A stretch of 63,744 nt of DNA, counting the filler, from Chrysochromulina tobinii (lineage: Eukaryota), in assembly GCA_001275005.1 (NCBI GenBank). It is 7 parts of 7 records of this genome, joined end to end, with 100 filler letters (N's around TTAATTAATTAA, not from the genome) between each part and the next. Parts side by side here need not be neighbours in the genome. Positions count along the whole stretch, not along the records: positions 30,550 to 38,456 come from JWZX01000885.1; positions 38,557 to 40,720 come from JWZX01000887.1; 5 more parts are not named here. The stretch is one strand, 5' to 3'. Position 1 is the stretch's first letter. Every line of letters begins with the position of its first letter. This document shows, in pieces, positions 30,550 through 40,820 of the stretch. The notes under the pieces are model-generated. The model saw nothing but the letters and a program-made list of their open reading frames with translations, made no database searches and was not told the origin of the DNA. The position numbers and the translations under genes were made by a program.

Positions 30550-31006
30550 CTTGGCCAAGTCCGGGTTAGGCACCTCTGGCCAAGTCCGGGTTAAGAACCC
30601 GTGCCCGAAAGAAGTCCGGGTTACGCACTAACCTCGTACTTAACTGTACCGGTAACCATTTTTTATATACCGGTAAAAAGACTCCGGGGGGAGCCGGGAC
30701 AAACACGGGACACACGGGACACGCGGACGCACAAAGGCACACGGACCACACTGACGAACCTCACAACCATCCAAACCCACCAACAACACACACACACCGC
30801 AGACGTCAGCGCGACGAGCACTTAAGACGACCGAAGCCGCGGCCGACTCAACAGCCGCAGGCCCGGAGCCGACCGCTCCCCGCGGCCGACTCAGAAGAGG
30901 CCGCCCCCAGCAAACCCGACCCTGCCTCCACCCGCTCCCAGAGCGCCTCCCCGGTAAAAAGACACCGGGGGGAGCCGGGACAGGGCACAGGGGACACACA
31001 CGGGAC
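30550..31006. repeat. Non-coding repeat region with short tandem and dispersed direct repeats
   Basis: AAGTCCGGGTTA x3 (30557-30623); CCGGTAAAAAGAC(T/A)CCGGGGGGAGCCGGGACA at about 30670 and about 30951. Confidence 0.75.
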
Positions 31007-31185
31007 TGTAGAAGTTAAAGGCCGTTCTCACGCCCTTGCAAACTCATCCGAAAGAGGCCTCCAGACACACGCGGTCGGCCACAACCCATACAGTACAGGA
31101 CGCCTTTTGACTTGATTTGACTTTACTTGATTGCCTTGAGTGCCTTATTTGCCTTCATTTCGCGCTACGTCTACCGGTACGTACC

Positions 31186-31880
31186 ATGAACATGTGTTCA
31201 GTTTGGGCCCATGCCGCTTGGCGGCGCACCATCTTGTGGGCTCGATAGAATCTCAGCGTTCGAGCATCTACAAGCTCTCGTCGCCAATGGGCCTGACCTC
31301 GATGACCTTGGCGAGCATGACAATGTGCAGCAGCACGCGCTCCGCAGCTCCTGCGCGCGTGCATTGGAAGAGCCCTTGCAAACCTGACAGTTTTCACCGT
31401 TCGTTGCCGCAGTTTATCACACGGCTCTCAGCATTTTGCAAGAGCAGCACCCTGCTGGACAGACTTGAATGTTTTTGCAAGCACCACGCGGAGGTGATCG
31501 TCGGCCAGACCAGCACCAGCGAGTTCCCGCTCGAGTTCACGATGCTGCATGTGCAGTATTGTGCCCTGGTAGAGGCGGCACTGGAGGAGTTTTTGGCTAA
31601 GCAACCCAGGCTGAAAGGCAAATGGATGACGGCCGATGCCTTTTATGCTGAGTGCAAGGCATGCTTAGATCGCTCCAAGCAAGAGTCGAGATGGCATCGA
31701 GACGCCATGGTCGTGCAAGTCTTCAGCGCTTCCAATGAATTCCAGGAGTGGGTTTCACTGATGCGCTCGGTCGCAGAAAATGAAGCCTGCAGCGATTGCG
31801 GTGACCATGTTGACGACGTTGACGACGTTGACGACTCGGGCACGCTGAATCTGCCGCAAAGCCCCGTGGCGTTGAGCTGA
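31186..31880 (+). CDS. BART (ARL2-binding/CFAP36-like) domain protein
   Basis: LECFCKHHA...EFPLEFTMLHVQYCALVEAALEEFL...ASNEFQEWVSLMR matches the BART pattern. Start codon uncertain. Confidence 0.7.
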
Positions 31881-32331
31881 AGCAAACTGAAGCAGGAAAT
31901 TGGCGTTCGCTGTCGATGTCCATTTTACCGAGGACCTAGTACTTTGTGATTAATCGTTTTCATGTATTAGCTTGGAGTCTCAGAGCACTGTGAGATCCGC
32001 CGCCTAAAGAACAAACGGCCCCGCGCACGGTGTGTCCTGTGTGTGTGTCGTTGAGCGCGCTCTGACGTGGTGTCCACAGTCGGTTCACATGTACTTGTAC
32101 GCGGCGTATCCGTCGGCGAGGGAGACGCCACGTATATAATTTGCGGGTCCGGGTAATGACGTCTATTCGGTTATACGAACGCAACGCAGATACGCATACG
32201 GCCGGCCGGAGCACGTGCACGACGGCGTGACGGCGTGACGGCTTGTATGCGGACGCTGACGGGCCTCATTTTCCCTCTGACGTGCCATGACTGTGTGTGA
32301 AAGGCTAGTGAAAGGCATGTGTATCATCGTT

Positions 32332-34416
32332 CTAGATCCCGCCCAAGACGCTCCTGACGAAGTCCACAAGATCGCTTCCGCTACCCTTGCCCGAGAGCCA
32401 GGCCGAAACTCGATCTGACAAGACGCTCCTTCCGTTCAACGCAATCCGGCGCACCCACACCTCGCGAACGCGCGCATCCTCCTTGTCCAGCCCAAGCAGC
32501 ACCTCGCCCTCGACCTTGCCGGGGACCGCCACGCGCGGCGCCATCCGGCCGCTCTGCGCACCGCCCCACTCGAAAGAAAGGCTCCATCGGATGAGAAGCC
32601 CGAGGGATGGCTCGACCTCCAAGCGCCACTCGAGGCCGTCGGGGGGGACGCTCATCGCACCTTCGGCGAGCATCGTGGACGCGATCGAGCGCAGGCCCTT
32701 GAGCGTCGCCGCGAGCGCGGGCCTCCCCAGCACCAACGGCTCGCGCAGCATCCCACGCACCTCGACCGTCGAGATTGCGATCTCGTCGAGCTCGAGGGGC
32801 TCGCTCAGGAGCAACGGTAGCTGCGCATGCAAGGCCTTCAGGAGGCGGACGTAGCCTGTGGCGAACGTGGCGGGCGCCGTGGCGGGCGTGAGGACCGCAC
32901 CGGCGCTGCTACCCACGCCCGCCACGGCGCTGCTACCCACGCCCGCCACGGCGCCGCGTCCACCCGCCGCCTCGGCCCGCCTCGCATTGCCGGTAGCGCT
33001 GCCGAAAGCGCCGCCGGCGCTAGGTAGGAAGGCAGAGCCCGAGACGGCGAGTAGGGTGGAGGAGAGGAAGCGGACTAATTCGGGCGAGTCGCTCTGAACC
33101 CGTCGCAACTGCTCAAGCAAGGTTTTGGGCAGCGCCGGACGGCCATTGAGCTGCAAGCCGATGAGAGTGTGGCGCACGACCTCATACGACCCACTGCCAT
33201 CGCCGGCCGTGCCTAGCCTGAACGCCGAAGTCGCCTGGAGCGAGGTCACTTGCTGTCCCTCCAAGGGGCCGACCCCTTTCAATGCGTACGTCCATGCCAC
33301 GCGCACCTCCGCCTCGTCCTCTGAGAAGCCGGGAGCCTTGCCGTCCGCATTCCGCTTTAGGAAGTCGAATTTGAACGAGTGGGCGAGCAGCGGCGAAGCG
33401 ATCAGGGCACGGTGCAGGTTGCGTAGCGTCGCGAGCAGCTGCTGGTACTGCGCGAGCGTCGAGATGAGCACCTCGCCCCCCTCGGCCACCAAGACGACGC
33501 CCTGTGCATACGCGCCCAGAGGAGGCTCGCTCTCGAGCAGGACCTCAAAGCCTTTGGAGAGCTCTACCAGCACTCGATGGCGACGCTCGTACGCCGACCA
33601 GGCGTCCGTGCCCGGGAGGGGGGCATCGAGGGGTCCACGAGCCGCCGACGCCGCCGACGCCGACGCCACCGACGCCGCCGCCGCCGCGTCCTTAGCCTCC
33701 TGTGTTGTTGCACTCTGCTCCAGCCGAGCCGCCTTCATCGTGTCCATGAGCAAGAGCAGGGCGCTGGCCGGGCTGCTGACGTCGCCGCGCGCCTGCAGCA
33801 GGGACAGCCATGCCCCGAGCGTTGAGGACGGCAAGCGCCGCTCGTTCACGCGCAGGTCGCTCAATGCATGATCGCTCAGCTGGCCGCGGCTATTGAGCCG
33901 GTACGTCGAGAGACCCGATAGCTCCACGGTGACGCCGCCGCTGCCGCTGCCGATGCGGATAGGCACGCGCCACTGCACGAGTACGCCCCTCTCGACCGGC
34001 GTAAATCTGCACTGGATGAGCTTGGTCACCTCGATGGGCACGAGTGGCGCCGAAATTGCCTGTCGCACCACATTGAATGCCTCGAGGTACGCCGTACGAC
34101 CCTGGACAACCTGCAGTCCGAGGTCGTTGGTCAGCTTGATGTCTTCGCTGAATATGGTGTCGTCGGCTGGTGGCGATGCGAACGTACTCGGAGCGTCCTT
34201 TTTCAACGCAAGAATCGTCCGATGTGACGCACAGGCGCGCTCAAATTCATCATCTGGCAGCACAGCCACGCGCTCTGCAGTCGAAGCTGCAGCGATGATT
34301 TCTCGCATGCACCCGCGAGAGTGGCGCGCTTGTACCCACCGTTTCTGTCCACCGGCAAGCGTCCATGCCATCGAGGAGACCGGCAGGATGAACACGAAGG
34401 TGACGGAGTGAAGCAT
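32332..34416 (-). CDS. Secreted or plastid-targeted protein with repeated NTF2/SnoaL-like (DUF2358-like) domains
   Basis: Hydrophobic N-terminal signal ending in SMAW; IFSEDI...GR.AY...W...GLSTYRLN..G....H module with two diverged repeats (L.VN.R / L.LNGR / IALNGR). Confidence 0.6.
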   Translation of the reverse strand: MLHSVTFVFILPVSSMAWTLAGGQKRWVQARHSRGCMREIIAAASTAERVAVLPDDEFERACASHRTILALKKDAPSTFASPPADDTIFSEDIKLTNDLGLQVVQGRTAYLEAFNVVRQAISAPLVPIEVTKLIQCRFTPVERGVLVQWRVPIRIGSGSGGVTVELSGLSTYRLNSRGQLSDHALSDLRVNERRLPSSTLGAWLSLLQARGDVSSPASALLLLMDTMKAARLEQSATTQEAKDAAAAASVASASAASAARGPLDAPLPGTDAWSAYERRHRVLVELSKGFEVLLESEPPLGAYAQGVVLVAEGGEVLISTLAQYQQLLATLRNLHRALIASPLLAHSFKFDFLKRNADGKAPGFSEDEAEVRVAWTYALKGVGPLEGQQVTSLQATSAFRLGTAGDGSGSYEVVRHTLIGLQLNGRPALPKTLLEQLRRVQSDSPELVRFLSSTLLAVSGSAFLPSAGGAFGSATGNARRAEAAGGRGAVAGVGSSAVAGVGSSAGAVLTPATAPATFATGYVRLLKALHAQLPLLLSEPLELDEIAISTVEVRGMLREPLVLGRPALAATLKGLRSIASTMLAEGAMSVPPDGLEWRLEVEPSLGLLIRWSLSFEWGGAQSGRMAPRVAVPGKVEGEVLLGLDKEDARVREVWVRRIALNGRSVLSDRVSAWLSGKGSGSDLVDFVRSVLGGI

Positions 34417-34729
34417 CTCGCCCGCGGCCTGCCGCCGCGGTACACGCTGAGCGTCGGCGATCGCAGCCGTGAATTTGGCTGTGAATACGAATCAAAATGG
34501 TGAAATCAGTCATGCTCACAAAGGACCGCGCGGAGGACACCCGGGCAAGACACCACAGCAGAACAGGAACTCCGCACGAGCCACAACGTCAGGAGACGCG
34601 GACCACAGTGTATTATGTGATGCATGGGGACCCCCGCTGCCCTGAGATCCGAGTGTGCACGTGTTGACAAAACCGCGGGTGAGTCACTGGGCCCGCCGCC
34701 TCTCTCTCTCCAGCGGGTCGACCATGCGC

Positions 34730-36641
34730 TCATTCGCTGTCCACGCAGCAGATGCCCAGGCCCAATTGTGACGTGCCTGGCGCCTCGCCGCTCCATGATG
34801 TGGACTGCGCGCCACCCGCGTCGGCCTCCTCCCTGGACCACGTGTGCGAGTTGGACGTGGCCCAGCCCATCTGGCGTGCGGCGGCGTACCCTCCCGAGTA
34901 CAGCTCCCGCAGGTTGCACAGATGGTAGCCGAGCCGGCACGAGCGGGCGGCCGCATCGAAATTGCACGCCATGCAACCCAGCTCAACGAACGCCGGCTCG
35001 ACCCCCCCGAGTGCACCTGGGATGAGGGAGGCCATCAGCATGCAATGAGGGAGGCCATCAGCATGCAATGAGGGAGGCCATCAGCATGCAATGAGGGAGG
35101 CAATCACAGCTCGACACCCCCGAGTGCACCTGCGGCGTCCGCCTGGATCTCGTCGTGACAGCATGCAATGAGGGAGGCAATCAGCATGCAATGAGGGAGG
35201 CAATCGCACCTGCGGCGTCCGCCTGGATCTCGTCGTGAGTGAGAGCGCGAGAGAAGAGCTTGAACTCGTCGATGAAGCCGTCCATACCGCCCTTGCGCCA
35301 CGGGTCGCCACCAAGGTACAGGTTGCCGGTGTTGTGGACAATGGTCCCCACCGTGGAGTTCTCCGCATCCAGGAGACCGTTGATGTACAATCGGAGAGAA
35401 TGGCCCTCCGCCACACACGCGAGGTGCGTCCAACGGCCGAGCGGCACAAAGGAATTGGACCACAGCCGCTCGCCGTCGGGCTGGTTCGCATCCGTCGTCG
35501 AGACGAAGAACTCAAGGCCGCGGGTCAATGGCTCGAGGAAGACGGTCGGCGTGCGGTCAGAGTCGCGCGCCCCCTTGTGCAAGACGGTGCGCCAGTCGCC
35601 GGTCGAGTCCTGGCGCAAGTAGAGCCACAAGGTGAGGCTGAACGTGTCCCGGGCCTCGGCCATCCGGGCGTGGTGCGCGATCTCTGAGTAGTCCTCGGCC
35701 CCAACATACCGCGCTGCGTGCCCCTTGCCGCCAATGCCAGGCCCAACGGCCGGTGGTTTCGTCGCGTGGTTGTGCATGCCGCTCGTATCGAGCGCGTGCG
35801 CGTCGTCAAAGGTGAAGTGCGCGATGATCCCGCGTGGCGCCGCGTCGGCGGCGAGCACTTTCTTGCCCCCCTCGACGCAGATGGGGCCCTGCGCCACAAG
35901 GTCGCAACGGCCACCGCTTGCCGCCGCAGCTTCCTTCCCTGCGTCCACCGCCTCCGTCAGCCTCGCCATCTTCTCTTCCTTCGAGCCCGTCTTGCTGAGG
36001 CCGCGCGCGCTGAGCGCATCGTCCAGCTTGCTCAGCGTGCAGCTGAAGCCCGGGATCGCGTCCGTCATCCGATCGCAGTGCCGCTGGAAGGTGTACAGCC
36101 GGCCGATCAGGTCGCGCTGCGATCCGGCCGATGTGAGCATACGCTCCGCTGTGGCCTGCTGCAGATCCTCGAGCGCGAGGCTTGCGGCGAGCGGGCGCTG
36201 CGGGTTGATGATGTAGCACTCGCGCTCGATACGTGCCTCAAGCTTGTCCACGAGCTCGGCCAGCGGCTCCGATGCCGAGAAGACCTCCCCCTTTTGCTCG
36301 AGCACAGTGTGCAGCGCGGTGGCGTTGTCGAGGCGCGATCGTGGTGGAAGCGAGGCCTGGGCCCGCAGCGCCGCAGCGAGGTCGCGCCGGAGCTCGTCGG
36401 CGCGCGCGCTCAGCGAAGGCGTCGAACCCAGCTTCTTGAGCTGATGCCGCATGAGGTGTGCCGTCGCATTTGGCCCGAGATGTGCTTCGATGAGCTCTTC
36501 ATCCGGGGAGCAAAGCGGCACGAGCTTATGCGGCGCCGAAGTCGTCAGCTCGTCAGCCGCCGGCTCGAGTGCCAGCGACGCCGACAATGACGCCGCCGAC
36601 ACGGCCTGGATGACGAACCAAAATAGGTGTGTCACCACCAT
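34730..36641 (-). CDS. Secreted LamG/concanavalin A-like domain protein with a SAP-like motif and a Cys-rich C-terminus (intron 35017-35209)
   Basis: Signal peptide MVVTHLFWFVIQAVSA; SAP-like LSARGLSKTGSKEEKMARL; LamG IIAHFTFDD..DTSG, FSLTLW, WTHLA, LYING, GFIDEFKLFSRAL; spliced C-terminus GC..C...C...YHLC..EL..GY..AR.MGW. Confidence 0.8.
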
Positions 36642-36769
36642 CGAAAGCACCTGATCCACCGCTCCATCGGCGTTGTATTGGGAGCCGAATAATTGCAAAT
36701 CTGATTGCAAATGGTGGCGTCTCGCGATCGCGAGCGGCGGGCTGAGGCGGTTGTGGGACTGTTCTTGTG

Positions 36770-36802
36770 GACTTGTCTTGACTTGACTTGACTTGACTTG
36801 AC
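36770..36802 (+). repeat. (GACTT)n pentamer tract between divergent genes
   Basis: GACTTGTCTTGACTTGACTTGACTTGACTTGAC; similar tracts at about 31108-31132, 51340-51353 (reverse orientation) and 51650-51668. Confidence 0.85.
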
Positions 36803-36807
36803 ACCAC

Positions 36808-38196
36808 ATGTCGATCGCCACATCGAACCGTCCAAGCCTTGACCATCCCGCGACCGGCCGGCGAGGTTCTCGCCGCGCGATGGCGTACACACAGCTCGCG
36901 CCGGGGTACACACTCTCGGCCTCCCGGCTCGTGACGACATCGGCCGCGTCCGACCCGGTGGTGAACGCCTGCGTCGCGGCCAACGAGGCTGCGCGATCGG
37001 AACATGTCGAGATCATGCGCGGCAAGCTCCTCACGAAGGCGCTGTTGTGCGACGTCAAGCCCTTCTGCGCGACCGAGGTGCTCTTCAACCACGAGTTCTG
37101 GTGGGAGGCGCCCACACTGCCGCACGTGCGCGCTATGACATCACGCTGCCGAACCTGGCAGCGCGACTCAGATTGGCCCATGACGGAGCCCCATCTCACG
37201 CGCGGCTCCGCTCGGGCACGGTCCTTTTGGGACTCGATGCGGCTGCTCGCAAACAAGACGCTGTGGCTGCACGGCGACTCCATCCAGCTGCAGATGTGCG
37301 ACGCGGCCCTGTGCTCCCTGATGCGCTCTGGCGTGGCGCCGACACCGGTGCTCGGTGACCCCAGTTACCATCCGGAGTGGATCAGCAACCTTTCGGCTAG
37401 ATCGGGCTTCAATTTTGTGACGACGGTGCTGCCCAATGGCGCGAGGCTCCTCTGTTCGGGCCTCGGAACCTTCCAGCGCGAGCAGGTGGAGATGGTGCTG
37501 CCACACGTCCACGTGGCCGTTCTCAATTTTGGTCTCCACTACCACTCGCCCGAGCATTTTCGCGGCATGCTGCAAACGGCCATCGAGAGCCTTCGCCGCT
37601 GGCAGAGCGCTGTGCCGGCGTCGCGGCTCGGCATTTGGCGGGAGGCCTCGGCGCAGCATTTCACCACGGGCTCCTACCAGCAGGGCGCGGAGCAGAGGAT
37701 GGCGCCACGTGGCAAGCCGTGTGAGTGCACGCCGCTCAGTGAGGGCAGGCAGCACGAGACCGGCCTCATCAATCTCAACAAGGCTTCGATGGCCATGGAG
37801 CGACAGTTCGTGCCCAATGCAGGCCTTGGGCTGCTTCCCTTTTTCAACCTGACCGCACCGCGGTACAACATGCACCGCGCGCACTACTGCGCCTTTTCGG
37901 GCCAGAAGCAGCCGGGCATCTGCTGCGACTGCACCCACTTTTGCTACACCCCCCTCTTTTGGGACGCTCTCTTCGGCGACCTGTACCGATTGGTGCGGCG
38001 CAGCCCCCTCTATCGACCCGTCTATAAGGCGAGTGCTGCCTCGTGGCTTCTCAACGCGTTCAGGCCGCCGCACACACGCCGGGCGGGCAAGCGCGCTGGT
38101 GGAGGCGCTGGTGGAGGCGGCGTCGTTCGCGATCCCAGGGGAAGACCTATAGGGCTAGACACCGAACGACATGGGTTCCGGACACCTGCCGGATAG
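36808..38196 (+). CDS. SGNH/PC-esterase (TBL-like) polysaccharide O-acyltransferase/esterase
   Basis: NKTLWLHGDS, VLNFGLHY and DCTHFC (GDS...DxxH catalytic motifs). The start may instead be 36880. Confidence 0.8.
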   Translation: MSIATSNRPSLDHPATGRRGSRRAMAYTQLAPGYTLSASRLVTTSAASDPVVNACVAANEAARSEHVEIMRGKLLTKALLCDVKPFCATEVLFNHEFWWEAPTLPHVRAMTSRCRTWQRDSDWPMTEPHLTRGSARARSFWDSMRLLANKTLWLHGDSIQLQMCDAALCSLMRSGVAPTPVLGDPSYHPEWISNLSARSGFNFVTTVLPNGARLLCSGLGTFQREQVEMVLPHVHVAVLNFGLHYHSPEHFRGMLQTAIESLRRWQSAVPASRLGIWREASAQHFTTGSYQQGAEQRMAPRGKPCECTPLSEGRQHETGLINLNKASMAMERQFVPNAGLGLLPFFNLTAPRYNMHRAHYCAFSGQKQPGICCDCTHFCYTPLFWDALFGDLYRLVRRSPLYRPVYKASAASWLLNAFRPPHTRRAGKRAGGGAGGGGVVRDPRGRPIGLDTERHGFRTPAG

Positions 38197-38456
38197 GAAC
38201 TCAGGGCCCGTTCTCGTCCGAGTTCATGCACTTGCCGTCTCTCTTGAATTGTGGTATCTAGCGACGCGCAAAATAGCAGTCTGGTAGTGAACCTGAACGA
38301 GGCGGAGGATACTAGCGAAGAGCTCGCACGAACGAAAAGAGGTTTGCTAAGAAAGAAACCAACGGTCTCCAGAGATGGCCCACTCTGACGTGAGCCAAGC
38401 CGCCTGGCTCAGGTGGTTCGACACCTCGGCACGTGTAACTACCTAAAATCACCTTA

Positions 38457-38556
38457 NNNNNNNNNNNNNNNNNNNNNNNNNNNNNNNNNNNNNNNNNNNN
38501 TTAATTAATTAANNNNNNNNNNNNNNNNNNNNNNNNNNNNNNNNNNNNNNNNNNNN
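38457..38556. other. Artificial contig linker
   Basis: N44-TTAATTAATTAA-N44. Confidence 0.99.
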
Positions 38557-38567
38557 TGCAGGTGCGC

Positions 38568-39196
38568 TGATGACCACTGATGACCACCGATGGCCACTGA
38601 TAATCACTGATGACCACCGATGACCTCCGATGACCACCGATGACATCGGACGACCTCGGATGACCTCCGATGACTTCCGATGACCACCGATGACTTCCGA
38701 TGACCACCGATGACTTCCGATGACCTGTGATGGCCACTGATGGCCACTGATGACCACCGATGACCTCCGATGACTTCCGATGACCTCTGATGACTTCCGA
38801 TGACCTCCGATGACTTCTGATGACCTCCGATGACTTCCGATGACCTGTGATGACCTCCGATGACTTCCGATGACCTGTGATGACCTCTGATGACCTCTGA
38901 TGACCACCGATGACCTCCAATGACCTCCGATGACCTCTGATGGCCACTGATGACCTCCGATGACCACCGATGACATCGGACGACCTCGGATGACCTCCGA
39001 TGACTTCCGATGACCTCTGATGACCTCTGATGACCTCCGATGACCTCGGACGACCTCGATGACCTCCGATGATCTCTGATGATCTCTGATGACTTCTGAT
39101 GACCTCCGATGACTTCCAATGACCTCTGATGACCTCTGATGACCTCTGATGACCTCTGATGACCTCTGATGACCTCCGATGACCTCTGATGACCTC
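38568..39196 (+). repeat. 10-bp satellite (TGATGACCTC/CGATGACTTC variants), about 60 units
   Basis: Strict 10-nt periodicity seen directly; same unit family as the intronic repeats of contigs 2-3. Confidence 0.95.
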
Positions 39197-39291
39197 TCAT
39201 CACTGTCGCCGCGCTTCGTGTACAGCACGCAATCAGGTGCAATCAGGTGCAATCGGGTGCAATCAGAGAGATGAGAGGTACGCCATACGCA

Positions 39292-40714
39292 GCGTTTTGA
39301 GCAATTGCGTATTGAGGCAGCCTTTTGCGTATTACGCAATACAGTTTGACAGGGTTTGCGTATTGCGTATTGCGTATTGCGTATTGCGTACCCGCTTTGA
39401 GCAGCATTGCGTATTGCGTATTGCGTATTGCGTTTGGGCGTACCCACTGGGAACCACCTACACGCGTATTGCGTATTGCGTATTGCGTATTGGGGCGAAG
39501 ACCCTTATTGCGTATTGCGTATTGCGTATTGCGTATTGCGTATTGCGTGTTGCGTGTTGCGTGTTGCGTTTCGCGTTTTGCGCTTTGCGTTTTGCGTTTT
39601 GGGGCTTTTGACCCGCATTGCGAATTGCGTATTGCGTATGCGATTGCGTATTGGGGCTTTGACCCGCATTGCGAATTGCGTATTGCGTTTGCGTATTGCG
39701 TATTGGGGCTTTGACCCGCATTGCGTATTGCGTATTGCGTTTGCGTATTGCGTATTGGGGCTTTGACCCGCATTGCGTTTTGCGTTTTGCGTTTGCGTTT
39801 TGCGTTTTGCGTTTTGCGTTTTGCGTTTTGCGTTTTGCGTTTTGCGTTTTGCGTTTTGCATGCGTTTTGCGTTTTGCGTTTTGCGTTCTGCGTTCTGCGT
39901 TTTGCGTTTTGCGTAATGCGTTTTGCGTATTGCGTATTGCGTATTGCGTTTTACCTCGTATTGCGTATTGCGTATTACCTCGTAATGCTGGGCCAGTAAA
40001 GCGTACGTTTTCCTAACACATAAAACTCATGCTTAGCCAGTAAGGCGTAGCCGTAAGAGTAACCGTCATACCGCTCCACCTGTAAGGCGTCGTTATGCTG
40101 GGCCAGTAAAGCGTACGTTTTCCTAACACATACCCAAACTCATGCTTAGCCAGTAAGGCGTAGCCGTAAGAGTAACCGACATACCGCTCCACCTGTAAGG
40201 CGTCGTTATGCTGGGCCTGTAAAGCGTACGTTTAATAGCTCGTGGTTAGTCATACCGCTCCACCTGTACGGCGTCGTTATGCTGGGCCAGTAAAGCGTAC
40301 GTTTTCCTAACACATACCCAAACTCATGCTGGGCCTGTGCAAGTGCTTCCTAATCTTCTCGTGGTTAGTCATACCGCTCCACCTGTGGTTCATCCTGGTG
40401 TCGCAAAACGCAAAACGCAATACGCAATACGCAATACGCAATACGCAATACGCAATACGCAATACGCAATACGCAATACGCAAAACGCTATACGCAAAAC
40501 GCAAAACGCAAAACGTAAAAAACGCATGCAATACATGTACGCAAAACGCAAAACGCAAAACGGGTCAAAGTGGGCTGGCCCGTACGCAATACGCAATACG
40601 CAATACGCAATGCGGGTCAAAGTGGGTTGATAAATACGCAATACGCAATACGCAATGCAGGCCAAAGTGGGCTGGCCAGTACGCAATACGCAACACGCAA
40701 TACGCAATACGCAA
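39292..40714. mobile_element. Foldback-like element: inverted arms of TATTGCG/TTTTGCG heptamers around a ~110-bp tandem repeat
   Basis: Left arm (TATTGCG)n/(TTTTGCG)n at 39292-39975 and right arm (CGCAATA)n/(CGCAAAA)n at 40402-40714. The module CTTTGACCCGCATTGCG is shared in inverted orientation. Central ATGCTGGGCC.GT repeats at 39985, 40095, 40208, 40279 and 40326. Confidence 0.55.
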
Positions 40715-40720
40715 AGCGGG

Positions 40721-40820
40721 NNNNNNNNNNNNNNNNNNNNNNNNNNNNNNNNNNNNNNNNNNNNTTAATTAATTAANNNNNNNNNNNNNNNNNNNNNNNN
40801 NNNNNNNNNNNNNNNNNNNN
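40721..40820. other. Artificial contig linker
   Basis: N44-TTAATTAATTAA-N44. Confidence 0.99.

Noticed and set aside
35181..37283. 700-aa ORF as listed in the track
   Set aside because: The first ~214 codons are antisense to the SGNH gene and run through a GACTT tract. The real start is more likely 36641, and the 3' end is spliced.
39985..40390. CRISPR-like or ncRNA array
   Set aside because: The intervening sequences are themselves repeated (a tandem of about 110 bp), and no known RNA motif was recognised.
38501..40776. ORFs encoding RSSEVI/IRNTQYA/AYCVLR repeat proteins
   Set aside because: These are translations of 10-mer and 7-mer satellites, open in several frames.
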